From the NCBI GenBank assembly GCA_024650005.2, contig CP122380.1:1536001-1600000 (forward strand): a stretch of DNA of 64,000 nt. The letters run 5' to 3'. The translations under genes were made by a program, and so were the position numbers. Shown piece after piece: positions 9,590-19,048 of this stretch. The DNA comes from Candidatus Bathyarchaeum tardum (lineage in GTDB: Archaea; Thermoproteota; Bathyarchaeia; Bathyarchaeales; Bathyarchaeaceae). The notes under the pieces were generated by a model. That model was not told where the DNA came from. It saw only the letters and a program-made list of their open reading frames with translations, and ran no database searches. The stretch's first letter is position 1, and each line of letters opens with the position of its first letter.

Positions 9590-9857
9590 CAGGATTGTTT
9601 TCCAAAGAAAACATCTAGTTTAACTCCAAAATATGCATGGATCAATTTATCTCTCATTACTGACATCTCTTTCCAAGGCAAGTTGGAGTAATCTTTTCTT
9701 ACCTTATTTGGAACGTTTTTACTGCTTCACCAATAATTTCAAAATTTTTAACTACGGTATCAACGGTTTTTTATCATTAACAAACCCCTTATGTGTAATC
9801 TTTTATGCGATTAATGGCTTCAATCATATTTTCAAGGTAGACACGAAAATCTCTCAC
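9590..9857 (-). pseudogene. Decayed HEPN (DUF86/HepT) toxin
   Basis: VRDFRVYLENMIEAINRIKDYT*...[44 protein letters not shown] with a stop and frameshifts; R-x4-H motif. Confidence 0.8.
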
Positions 9858-9960
9858 ACGTATACAGCTTCACTTAAAATTCTCTCCTCTAAACGAGGCT
9901 TTAGAGCACCCTTCATAACCAGGTCAACTTTAACCTCTAAAAGATCATTAAATAATTCTC
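9854..9960 (-). pseudogene. C-terminal remnant of minimal nucleotidyltransferase (MNT) antitoxin
   Basis: ELFNDLLEVKVDLVMKGALKPRLEERILSEAVYV*, with GTGA overlap to the HEPN gene; N-terminus missing. Confidence 0.75.
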
Positions 9961-10161
9961 TATGTCTCTTGCATCTTCAACGTAAGACAGTTTGCTACTA
10001 TCAGATATGAACAGGGTGAACGCATCTGAAAAATTTCACTTATTAGATTATTATGTGCATCAAGAAAGTGTAAATTGTTTAGTGTTTTGTTTTGTTTTCG
10101 GTTTTTGACCTTTTGTTTTAAATTTGTGTTTGTTGTTATGTTTTGGGCGGAGCTGTCAAAT

Positions 10162-11442
10162 TTGAAGCTGATTTACATTGTTATTGACGGAATGGGTGAC
10201 CTTCCTATAGCTGAACTTGGGGGTAAAACTACTTTGGAAGCTGCACAAACTCCTTTCATGGATTCCCTTGCGAAAAATGGGCAAACTGGTTTGATGTACA
10301 CAGTGGGAAAAGGCTTAGCGCCCGAAAGTGATGTTGCTGTTGTTTCTATTTTGGGTTATGATCCTTTCAAGTATCCTATGAGCCGAGGGGTTCTTGAAGC
10401 AGTTGGGTCTCAGATGAACATGGAAAATGGTGATTTGGCTCTTCGTTGTAATTTTGGTACGATAGCAGATGATAATAGTTCCATTGTTGACCGCAGGGCT
10501 GGTCGAGATTTAACTCAACAAGAAGCTGATGAGTTAGCTGAAGCATTAAATAACGAAGTAAAGCTAGAGTCACATCCTGCGAGTTTTGAAATTAAAAGCA
10601 CTGCGGTTCATCGGGCAACTTTGATTTTTAAACGCAAAGACGGAAAGCTTTCAGGGAACATCGATAATACTGACCCTGCCTACAAACGGGTTAACGGAGC
10701 CGGGGTAGCTGATTTAGATGCCAAAATGGTTTTGAAGTCATGTGTTCCTTTTGATGACACTGAGGAAGCAAAAGTTGCTGCAGATTTGGTTAATGAGTTT
10801 ACTCGCAAAGCAATTGTTGTTTTGAATAACCATGAAGTAAACAAAAAAAGGGTAAAGCAAGGAAAACTCAAAGCTAACGTTATCCTAGGCAGAAACGCTG
10901 GAAGCATTATTCCAGAATTTCCTGCCCTTTGTGATCGTTACGATTTGGGTTTTGTTTGCTTAGCAGACATGAACGTGGAGCGTGGAATCGCTGCCCTAGC
11001 AGGAATGGGTGTAGTTGATATTCCGTTGCCTTCTGATGATTTAGCAAGGGATTGCGAGTTCAGGTTGAAAAAACTTTTTGAAGTCTTGCCAGATTACGAC
11101 GTTTTTTACATTCACATCAAAGGTCCCGACGTGCCCGGTCATGACGGGGATTGTAAACAAAAAGCTGAATCGATTTCTATTATTGACGAGCATTTTATTG
11201 GGGGGTTGCTCAAAAAAATTGATTTAGACGAGTATGTCCTTTGCGTTACAGCTGATCATTCAACTCCCTGTGAATTAATGTCCCACAGTGACGATCCTGT
11301 GCCTGTTCTTGTTTCGGGAAACAACGTGAAAGCTGACAAGGTTCAACGGTTTTCTGAAACAGAATGCAAAAATGGAGAGCTAGGTGTCCTAACAAAAGGA
11401 ACCCAGTTGTTGCCTAAACTAATTGAATTCCTGAAAAACTAG
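10162..11442 (+). CDS. apgM: 2,3-bisphosphoglycerate-independent phosphoglycerate mutase (archaeal type)
   Basis: IVIDGMGD, PESD, HIKGPD..GHDG, TADHSTP, HSDDPVP; start revised to TTG 10162 (GGAG SD). Confidence 0.9.
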   Translation: MKLIYIVIDGMGDLPIAELGGKTTLEAAQTPFMDSLAKNGQTGLMYTVGKGLAPESDVAVVSILGYDPFKYPMSRGVLEAVGSQMNMENGDLALRCNFGTIADDNSSIVDRRAGRDLTQQEADELAEALNNEVKLESHPASFEIKSTAVHRATLIFKRKDGKLSGNIDNTDPAYKRVNGAGVADLDAKMVLKSCVPFDDTEEAKVAADLVNEFTRKAIVVLNNHEVNKKRVKQGKLKANVILGRNAGSIIPEFPALCDRYDLGFVCLADMNVERGIAALAGMGVVDIPLPSDDLARDCEFRLKKLFEVLPDYDVFYIHIKGPDVPGHDGDCKQKAESISIIDEHFIGGLLKKIDLDEYVLCVTADHSTPCELMSHSDDPVPVLVSGNNVKADKVQRFSETECKNGELGVLTKGTQLLPKLIEFLKN

Positions 11443-11556
11443 GAACAAAAGTCAAAATTGGATATAGTCCATGGAGATACTAACCTAATTTTAGGCTGTA
11501 ATCCAAGCACGGGTAGGGCATCTAAAAGAATAGATTCTTAAAGGTGAGGTGCAGTT

Positions 11557-11838
11557 TCACCCGAATTTCTTGAGCACTTGCCTTCCAAGGTCGGTTATTT
11601 CAACAGCGTAGAAATCATAAGGTCCAAATTTTTTTTCCGGATAAGGATTATCAATGAGCTTAGATTGTGACAGGTGCCGCACTGCGTCATTTAGACCTCT
11701 AGGCATCAAACTCGTCTTTTTATGTAACATGTCCACGGTCACAATTACACCTTTCTCAAATTCAGATAAAGCCGCAAGAACTTTTCTAGAATTTGAGTCA
11801 GTAATGTCCCAATCGTCTTGTACAAAATCTTCAACCAT
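11557..11838 (-). CDS. Small winged-helix-like hypothetical protein
   Basis: 93 aa with LNDAVRHLSQSKLI...EITDLGRQVL wing pattern. Confidence 0.5.
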   Translation of the reverse strand: MVEDFVQDDWDITDSNSRKVLAALSEFEKGVIVTVDMLHKKTSLMPRGLNDAVRHLSQSKLIDNPYPEKKFGPYDFYAVEITDLGRQVLKKFG

Positions 11839-12071
11839 AAAAACCCCTACCTTAACTACTACAGTCTATGCATAAAAACCATTTGTGTATTAACATGGTT
11901 CCGATATTATATGTTGAAATGTCCCGCAGGCATGTTATCATTTCACGATAAAAAATATCGTAAGTTTGAGTATTAGAATAAAGTATTTGCATTCAATTCC
12001 TCACGTGTTAATTGATACAAATTGTGTTTGTTCCAGTTGGATTTGCATAACAATTTCCTTTGCTTTTTTCT

Positions 12072-12425
12072 TCACCCCTTTGTCAATGATTTTACTTCTT
12101 TGCTGTAATCTATCACATGTGGAATAACCTTGTCATCTCTTAGAACCCTAGCTTTTTGTTTGATGAGCTTGGCATATTTGGCGTCTAACTCCACAAGCCT
12201 ATTTTCGGTTTCTCGTCAATTCGCGTAATCAGCAAGCAAACTCTTGTATGTCTTAATTTCAGAAATCATTGATTGGAGACTTTGAACCTCAGCGATTTCT
12301 AGTCCAGGTTCATCAAGAGCCAGTATTATTTTGGCAAGGCTTTCAAAAATCTTCACACTGGACAGCCCAGGGGCATGTCATTTGTTGTTGTTGGGGGGTA
12401 GGGGGGGTCAACAACAACATTTGAG
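12072..12425 (-). pseudogene. Gene remnant, possibly from an integrated element
   Basis: Broken frame VVVDPP..TTT.DMP...LAKIILALDEPGLEIAEVQSLQSMISEIKTYKSLLADYAN*RETENRLVELDAKYAKLIKQK; protein-like coiled-coil with an internal stop. Confidence 0.35.
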
Positions 12426-12532
12426 CAGCCTTCTCTGAAAGGTACGTTGGTCCAGATGATTGTGGGTTTTTGCATGTCTCCATTCCAGTAGGATAATCAG
12501 TATCAACACCAACTAGAATAGAGTGTTCCTTA

Positions 12533-12772
12533 TTACAGGGAGTTCGATTTGATTGCATAATATTCAGTCAAAATTGCGTTAACATTCTCAAAATCTAAGA
12601 AAGGAAGCATTACATCCTTGACGTATGCCGCTTGTGCACTACGAACAGTTGGACCAAGAAAAATAGGATAAAGAAAAGCATTCCAAACATTAGCATCACT
12701 TTTCGCTAGCTCGTCCAAGTGCCATTTTTGAAGTACCAACGATGTGAAATCTGCAAAACCATCTGGTAACAA
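12533..12772 (-). pseudogene. Probably truncated hypothetical gene
   Basis: 79-aa ORF with protein-like composition inside a decayed region; no recognised family. Confidence 0.3.
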
Positions 12773-12899
12773 ACAAATCCCCAGATTGTTATAACTTTCT
12801 TAAAATTAAACTTTTATTGATTGAAATAATTTCACAAGCCATAAATGTTTAAAGATAATGTAATAATCGAAAATATTTTTAATTTCAGATTTACAATCA

Positions 12900-12921
12900 A
12901 AAAAGTGGATTCGTGGGAGAT
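12900..12921 (+). repeat. 22-bp direct repeat, copy 1
   Basis: AAAAAGTGGATTCGTGGGAGAT; 21/22 identical to 13957-13978. Confidence 0.8.
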
Positions 12922-12931
12922 TTCTCCAAAT

Positions 12932-13380
12932 TTAGGAGCAATCCATGCCAGACCCCGACCCCTCCGAGATGGACGATGACCCTAGATATGATAAAGTTCT
13001 TTTTTTGAAGATTTTACTGCCATCGTCGTATTCGCCTGTGACAAATTTGAAGTCAAGTTCTATTAATTCAACTGCTTCTTTGGAGGTGTTAGCAATGTTT
13101 CGGATGAATCCTTCTTTTTGAGGATGTTCTAAAAATTGAATGTATTCTTTAAGTAGTCATTGGGTTTCTTTGTCCAAGCATATTTTGAACATAAATTGTG
13201 TCTTTGACGGAATTGGGGTTGTTTAGGGTTGCACCTTTTTTACGAAGAGTTTGAGCAGGTAAGTGTAAGTTTTTTTGTTGATTCAGCAGATCCGTTTCTT
13301 TTTAAATTCCAGAAATATTCTCATGTTTTCTGTAAAGTTCATTGTCGTCAATTGTGCTCTCCCCTGAGCTTTTCTAGTGA
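12932..13380 (-). pseudogene. Internally deleted tyrosine integrase
   Basis: N-terminal WNLKRNGSAESTKK...GATLNNPNSVKDTI joined in frame (about 13193) to C-terminal YVQNMLGQRNPMTT*...YIQ...KEAVELIELDFKFVTGEYDDGSKIFKKR; catalytic core absent. Confidence 0.75.
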
Positions 13381-13425
13381 CGTATAGCAAAAAATATGAA
13401 AGATTGAACATCTGAACTTGTTATA

Positions 13426-13599
13426 TCATTCTTTTTTTTCCATTAGGGCTATTATTATGGCTACGATTCCGATGATGATTTTTAAAATTGCGTGCCAATC
13501 TGGCTCGGTTGCCATGTCTGAAACTCCGGGTAATCCTGCAATTCCCATTATCGCCAGCAAAGCTCCTACAATAATTAAAGTAATTTTACAATATTGCAT
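13426..13599 (-). CDS. 57-aa two-TM small membrane protein
   Basis: MQYCKITLIIVGALLAIMGIAGLPG...AILKIIIGIVAIIIALMEKKE; perfect GGAGGTGA SD. Confidence 0.7.
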   Translation of the reverse strand: MQYCKITLIIVGALLAIMGIAGLPGVSDMATEPDWHAILKIIIGIVAIIIALMEKKE

Positions 13600-13746
13600 T
13601 ACTTCACCTCCTTAAAATTGTATATTATTTTTATTTCGGGTTATATGCTTTTAACATTTTTTATATATTTCATCATATTATCGTAAACTTTTTTTAGGCA
13701 AGTGACACTATTTAATTAGGGGATTTTTAGGGGGAGGTGGAATATT

Positions 13747-13845
13747 TTGAAATGTGGACTTTGTAAAAAGGAAGTCAAAAAACAGCCAATGATAACGGCT
13801 GACGGAAAATGCTCTGAATGTGGAGCTAAACTAAAAGCAGCATAA
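13747..13845 (+). CDS. 32-aa zinc-finger microprotein
   Basis: MKCGLCKKEVKKQPMITADGKCSECGAKLKAA; GGAGGTG SD; two CxxC motifs. Confidence 0.7.
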   Translation: MKCGLCKKEVKKQPMITADGKCSECGAKLKAA

Positions 13846-13869
13846 CAAAATAAAGCTACTAACTTTTTA

Positions 13870-13884
13870 GCCCCCATTGGGGGC
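13870..13884. terminator. GC hairpin downstream of the zinc-finger gene
   Basis: GCCCCC-ATT-GGGGGC followed by T-rich tracts. Confidence 0.4.
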
Positions 13885-13956
13885 AAATCATATTTTTTTA
13901 ATTAATTAATTTTTCATGCTTTTCTTAAGTTGTGTTTTTAAAAAAGTTAAAAATAG

Positions 13957-13978
13957 AAAAAGTGGATTTGTGGGAGAT
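13957..13978 (+). repeat. 22-bp direct repeat, copy 2
   Basis: AAAAAGTGGATTTGTGGGAGAT. Confidence 0.8.
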
Positions 13979-14016
13979 ATCACAATATGGGTGACAATGC
14001 AAAGAAGACGGGCATA

Positions 14017-14622
14017 TTATCGTGCTCTAAATTTGACGCCGATTTTTTGTGCCAGTTCTTTGACCTTTGTCACTTCCAATTCAGGAACAGTTACAGCTGT
14101 TGCTTCAGTTTCCATGACGTGTTTAGCTTTTTTGATAAACTCCAGAACACTTTCATATGCGCCTTCTAACGCGGGTTTGCAGATTCGATTGTAAGTTTGT
14201 TCATCGGGAGCATTCAAACTAACATTAATTTTGTCTACCCCTGCAGCCTTTAATTCACCTACTACGTCTCTTCCTTTGTTTAACAAGTAGCCTTGACCAT
14301 TGGTGTTAACTCTAACTGTCATCGGTTGGTTCTTTTTTATCCACTTCGTTACTTCCAAAACAAGATCCAATCGTTCTAAAGGTTCACCAAACCCACAAAA
14401 GACTATTTCTTCCCAGTTTTTTGTAGGTAAAACTTTTTGCAATTCTTCAATAATTTCTTTTGCCGTTGGCTCTTTTTGTAATTTTAGTTTAAAGCCGTCA
14501 AGTCCGTCCTTAAATTTTCTTACACAGAAAATGCAGTTATTAGAGCATCTGTTAGTTACGTTCAAATATACCTTATTGCCAAGCCAATAAACGATGCTTG
14601 GTCTACCATCAGAACCAGTCAT
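14017..14622 (-). CDS. TatD-associated radical SAM protein
   Basis: YLNVTNRCSNNCIFC (CxxxCxxC), EIVFCGFGEP, RVNTNGQG, VSLNA. Confidence 0.9.
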   Translation of the reverse strand: MTGSDGRPSIVYWLGNKVYLNVTNRCSNNCIFCVRKFKDGLDGFKLKLQKEPTAKEIIEELQKVLPTKNWEEIVFCGFGEPLERLDLVLEVTKWIKKNQPMTVRVNTNGQGYLLNKGRDVVGELKAAGVDKINVSLNAPDEQTYNRICKPALEGAYESVLEFIKKAKHVMETEATAVTVPELEVTKVKELAQKIGVKFRAR

Positions 14623-14945
14623 TTACTTAGTATATATTTTGGGGCTTCTTGAATTTTTTCATTTGTTAACTCTAGTCAGTTTTTAGACGGAAGCTATTTC
14701 AAAATAAACTTTAACGAAAACTCTTTGTTATGACTCGGGTCCAACAAAACTATATCCAAACAATCCTAAGAAAACTAAAACTATGATTGTTAACGATAAT
14801 TAATAATACTCAATTATGAAAACAATAAAGAATTTGTTTGGGATTAGAACATAATTTTAACCAGATAATGAAACAAATATTATATTCATAAAATAATCAA
14901 TCTAATCTGGGTTATTCGAAACAGGTTCTGGAGTCAAATAATCAA

Positions 14946-15497
14946 ATGGTTCAACTCGATCTGCCTTTATGGGGACAACCTCAAAGACGAAATCAATGTG
15001 TTCCAACATGTCTGAAGATGATTTTAGAATATCTTAGAAAAAAATACGGCGATTCAATTCCTAGGCTTTCGATAAAAAAAATTTGTAAAATTGTGGATAC
15101 ACAAATAGATGGCACAATTCCAAAAAATGTGGAAAGAATCAATTCGTATCTCTGTAATGGAAACCCAAATGTAGAATTTAAGTCATATATTTTGGGTGAT
15201 TTTAAGATAATAAAAAAGGAAATACTGGAAAATAACCTTCCAGTAATAGTTTGGATAAACTCCGCTGATCCCCCAGACAAAGTATGGCATACTGTTGTGG
15301 TGACTGGGTTCGACCCAGAAACAAATATCGTAACATATAACGACCCTTTAGATAGAAGTGAAAAACATGAAGAAGTAGGAGTTTTTAGCAGCAAATGGGG
15401 TTTTGAAAGCAGAATGGTTAAAGTAAAAGTTTTTAAAACAAAGCAAAGACAGATACCAGAGTGGACATCAAACAATAACGAAGGAGAGATTGATTAA
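14946..15497 (+). CDS. Stand-alone C39-like (papain-fold) cysteine peptidase, no signal peptide
   Basis: Q...CVPTCLKMIL, LPVIV, WHTVVVTGFD, YNDP (Cys-His-Asp triad pattern). Confidence 0.8.
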   Translation: MVQLDLPLWGQPQRRNQCVPTCLKMILEYLRKKYGDSIPRLSIKKICKIVDTQIDGTIPKNVERINSYLCNGNPNVEFKSYILGDFKIIKKEILENNLPVIVWINSADPPDKVWHTVVVTGFDPETNIVTYNDPLDRSEKHEEVGVFSSKWGFESRMVKVKVFKTKQRQIPEWTSNNNEGEID

Positions 15498-16447
15498 TGA
15501 GCATTACCCTTGAAAAAATTGCTCAAAGTCATGCCTTTTCTAATTATGGCGATTTAGTTTTAGTTGATGCTCCAGAATATGATAAAAAAGAAAATCTATA
15601 TGTTTCTAGATTGCGTTCTGACTATCCATTATTCATTCAAGATGACTTATTACCTGACAAAAAAACTATGCGTGTTCTTAAAATTGGAAAAATAGGAACC
15701 ATTTCAATAAATTCCGAAAAACAAATTGTTAAAGAAAAAACGTCGTCAAGAGATGAAATAATATCAAACTTGCATCAATTCTTCAAGCTATGGAGAGAAA
15801 GAGCAGAAAGAATAGTAATCGAGGCATCAGCTCAAAATCTTGTTAAGATTTCTGAATCATCCCACTTCTTTGATCCAATAATCTCGATTATTTTTTATCT
15901 ATGGGATGAACACAAAATATCAGATGAAGAAATTCTATTACAAAGGTCTCCCAATCGAAGAAAAAAAATTAAGCTATATTTGAAATTGCTTGAAGGATTA
16001 AAAATTGTTCGCAGAATTGAAAATGGATATTGTGAAGGAAATACATTTCTCTCATTACGAAAAGAAGTGAATAATGATGAAGAGTGTTTTAAAAATGTTG
16101 TTCTATCTCATATAATACAAGAGAGATATACAACTCTTAGGGATGTTTTCCAATTAACAATTTTAGAGCCAACTATCCATATCGATAATTCAATATATTT
16201 GCCAGAATTAGAAACTGAACAAACAGTTTATCGCAATATGAATTCAATTAGGCGAGACTATGAATATTATTATGGGCGTTCGATAAATCCGTTAGATTTG
16301 AAAATGATTTTAAAGAGACTAGTTAATGCAAACGCAATAAACCAAAAAGGAAAATATTATTCAGGAAATCAAAAACTTCTAAATGCAATGGTAAACATTA
16401 AGAAAAGTAATCCAGATTTGAGCCCAGAATTCTTAGTTCAGATATAA
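15497..16447 (+). CDS. Hypothetical protein with two putative winged-helix regions
   Basis: 316 aa; TAATG overlap with the peptidase; YLKLLEGLKIVRRIENGY and ILKRLVNANAINQKGKYY helix-wing patterns. Confidence 0.6.
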   Translation: MSITLEKIAQSHAFSNYGDLVLVDAPEYDKKENLYVSRLRSDYPLFIQDDLLPDKKTMRVLKIGKIGTISINSEKQIVKEKTSSRDEIISNLHQFFKLWRERAERIVIEASAQNLVKISESSHFFDPIISIIFYLWDEHKISDEEILLQRSPNRRKKIKLYLKLLEGLKIVRRIENGYCEGNTFLSLRKEVNNDEECFKNVVLSHIIQERYTTLRDVFQLTILEPTIHIDNSIYLPELETEQTVYRNMNSIRRDYEYYYGRSINPLDLKMILKRLVNANAINQKGKYYSGNQKLLNAMVNIKKSNPDLSPEFLVQI

Positions 16448-16570
16448 TTTAAATGAAATAAAACGCATTAGTTTAACGTAATTGCGCACACGCTCTTAAA
16501 GGCAATGTTTGTTTATTTTTATAATGTATAATTGATCGTTTGTGTTTGCGTAAAGGGGGGTGAATATTTT

Positions 16571-17143
16571 TTGCCAAAATATGGAAAGCCGGTATGGCAG
16601 CATGTTTTTGAAGCAGCAAAAGAAATCAATGGAACTTTTACAGCTACGGATATTATCAGAAAAGTTCAGCAAAAAAATTCTAAAATTCCAGAGGTGACTA
16701 TACGTTCAATGGTCACAGCGATGGCTCCCAATCATCCTTTCAGTGGTCATTGGCCGTCTACAAGAAGACTTCACGGGGTTTTCAAGCACTTAGGTGAAGA
16801 TCGATTTTCCATGTTAGAAAAGGAAAACGAAGATAAATCAGAAGTAGAAAATGTTGATACAAAAGAAGTTACTGAACAAGATATGCAGGTGACAGTTTTG
16901 GGAGAATTAAAAGAGTTTACGGATAAAGAGCTTGAAGAATTCAATGGAAAAAACGGCAAGCCCACATACTTGGGTTATCAAGGAAAAGTCTATGACGTTT
17001 CCCAAAGTGGTCTCTGGGACGGCGGTGACCACATGGGCAGCCATCAAGCAGGAAAAGACATAACAGAAGAAGTAGACCTTGCTCCTCACGGGGAAGAAGT
17101 TCTCGAAAGAAAAAATGTAAAGCTCGTAGGAAAATTAGTATAG
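16571..17143 (+). CDS. HTH-like N-terminal domain fused to cytochrome b5-like heme/steroid-binding domain
   Basis: C-terminal FT..EL..FNG....YLGYQGKVYDVS...H.AG.D.T......H motif; N-terminal FTATDII...TIRS..AMAPNHP domain; TTG start after GGGGGTGA. Confidence 0.75.
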   Translation: MPKYGKPVWQHVFEAAKEINGTFTATDIIRKVQQKNSKIPEVTIRSMVTAMAPNHPFSGHWPSTRRLHGVFKHLGEDRFSMLEKENEDKSEVENVDTKEVTEQDMQVTVLGELKEFTDKELEEFNGKNGKPTYLGYQGKVYDVSQSGLWDGGDHMGSHQAGKDITEEVDLAPHGEEVLERKNVKLVGKLV

Positions 17144-17360
17144 TCTTTAGTAAAATAATTCGCAGTATATCATATACTTGGATTTACTCATCTTGTTAAT
17201 CATTGGGCATAATTTTCTGGAGTCAAATTTCAATTCATTAAAGAAAAATAAATTCAGATGACCAAATTAAGTCCAGTTTATAGCTTAAACAGAATTAAAA
17301 AGAGGAATGATTAGTTTCGTCATAACTCTGTTTTTTATCATCCTATTTGAAAAAAAACAT

Positions 17361-17399
17361 ATATCCACATATATGTATAGGTAGATATCCTTATATAAG
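17361..17399 (+). promoter_or_regulatory. Inverted repeat plus TATA box of the RHH gene
   Basis: ATATCCAC-N12-GTAGATAT immediately upstream of CTTATATAAG, about 29 nt before ATG 17428. Confidence 0.5.
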
Positions 17400-17427
17400 T
17401 TCAAAACCTATTAAAGGTTAGATAAAA

Positions 17428-17595
17428 ATGGGAAAATATAATATTTCAGTTAAAGATAGACTGGATCGAAGATTTAGAGAAGAGGTTTTTAAAAGAAAAG
17501 GAATGAAAAAGGGAAATCTTTCTGAAGCCATCGAAGAAGCCATGGTCATGTGGATCGGGGGAAAAAAAGAAAATGAAGAGCGAAGGGATCAATAA
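17428..17595 (+). CDS. 55-aa ribbon-helix-helix protein
   Basis: MGKYNISVKDRLDRRFREEVFKRKGMKKGNLSEAIEEAMVMW; missed by the ORF track. Confidence 0.75.
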   Translation: MGKYNISVKDRLDRRFREEVFKRKGMKKGNLSEAIEEAMVMWIGGKKENEERRDQ

Positions 17596-17656
17596 TTATT
17601 ATTGATGCATAAAACATTTATAGGAAATGTTGTAATGTACAAAATTCCATCTAAAA

Positions 17657-17863
17657 ATGGAGGAGTCAATTTTGGGAAGAGAATTTGAGTATATAATGTC
17701 TATTAGTGAAAAGTTAACTGCAGGAAAATGGATAGCTGTAATCGACAAAGACATTATAGAAGGTGATTCAGCCAAAGACGTTGTTAACGAAGCTAAGGCT
17801 AAATATCCTAAAAAAGAACCCTTCATAATGAAAGTCCCAAACAACGCTGTAATGTTGCTTTAA
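17657..17863 (+). CDS. DUF5678-like small protein
   Basis: GKWIAV.D..II.G.S...V..EAK.KYP...PFIMKVP pattern. Confidence 0.75.
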   Translation: MEESILGREFEYIMSISEKLTAGKWIAVIDKDIIEGDSAKDVVNEAKAKYPKKEPFIMKVPNNAVMLL

Positions 17864-17864
17864 A

Positions 17865-18362
17865 ATGAGTGAAATCATCACAGGTCGCTGCAAAGGAGCT
17901 TTTAACTGCAAGTATCTAGCTTTCACTGATCCTAAACTTCAAAGAAAATTTCGCCTTCCTTTAGTTCACATTCGATTAAAAAACGGGAATATGAGTATTA
18001 GAACTGACGCCTTAGTGGATTCTGGTGCAACTGCAACTTTTATTCCAGTTGAACTTGCCGAGGTTTTAGATATTGATTTTCCAAAAGAAACTAGCGAAGC
18101 TGTAGGTGCAGGTGGTTCTTTTCCTACATTCAATTGCATAATTGATCGCATCGATATTTTGAAGGGAACACGAATATTTTGTTATCTAAAAAATTTTCCT
18201 GTAACAATTCCGACAAAAGAAGATATGATACCCCATACTATACTAGGCAGGGATTCAGTTTTTTGGGATAACGACATCACGTTTAGAGAACGAAAACAAA
18301 GAACAGTATTTCGAACGCCAAAAAAGAAAAGTAATAATTATAAAAAACTCTTTCTAAATTAG
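17865..18362 (+). CDS. Retropepsin-like (clan AA) aspartyl protease
   Basis: ALVDSGA catalytic motif and ILGRD motif. Confidence 0.85.
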   Translation: MSEIITGRCKGAFNCKYLAFTDPKLQRKFRLPLVHIRLKNGNMSIRTDALVDSGATATFIPVELAEVLDIDFPKETSEAVGAGGSFPTFNCIIDRIDILKGTRIFCYLKNFPVTIPTKEDMIPHTILGRDSVFWDNDITFRERKQRTVFRTPKKKSNNYKKLFLN

Positions 18363-18561
18363 AGTGATTTCGGAAACTGGATGTTCTTTAATTCAAGTAA
18401 TTATGTTTAATGTTTATTAAAAAATACAAGAGTATTTTTTTAAATAATAAGAAAAAAATAATCTTCCATTTAACCATATCGATTATATCAGTTTACTGGA
18501 AAAATCAGACCAAAAATACTAAAGATTTAGTCAGATAGGTAAATTTTCAGTATAGTTCTGT

Positions 18562-18861
18562 TTAGTATCTTCGGTATCCTATGAACAGGCCAGCAACAAA
18601 GCTTGCTGCGAATGGGACACTAGTTATTGCTGCGATGATTCCCAGGGGGGCTAGTACGCCCATGAATTCTGTGAAACCTACGCTTATGGCGTCCAGGTTC
18701 AAGTCAAGGTTTCCTGTGCTCCAAAATACGATGATTACTATGGCGACAATTACAAGGGTTATAGTCATGCCCGAGATTCTTCGGAACATTTGGCCTGCAA
18801 AATATCCAGCTATTCCGCCTATGGCCAGCATTAATAGTATGGGGCTAATTAGGTCTTGCAT
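18562..18861 (-). CDS. FUN14-like membrane protein
   Basis: GGIAGYFAG...F.AG..IG pattern, 3 TM helices. Confidence 0.6.
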   Translation of the reverse strand: MQDLISPILLMLAIGGIAGYFAGQMFRRISGMTITLVIVAIVIIVFWSTGNLDLNLDAISVGFTEFMGVLAPLGIIAAITSVPFAASFVAGLFIGYRRY

Positions 18862-19048
18862 TTTTTGTTTCCACCTTTTTTGCAGATAAGTTGTTTTTCA
18901 ACCGTTCAGGGTTGTAAACCGTGTTTTATCTGCTTCTGATTGGTTGTATTGATTTTTTGTATATATAGTAATTATGAATTCAGGGTACATATGCGGATTT
19001 CATAATTGCTTTTTATTAAAACAAAGGAAGGGAAGTTTGGAGTTCAAA

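Noticed and set aside
9633-10010. 125-aa plus-strand ORF
   Set aside because: Antisense shadow of the decayed MNT-HEPN pair
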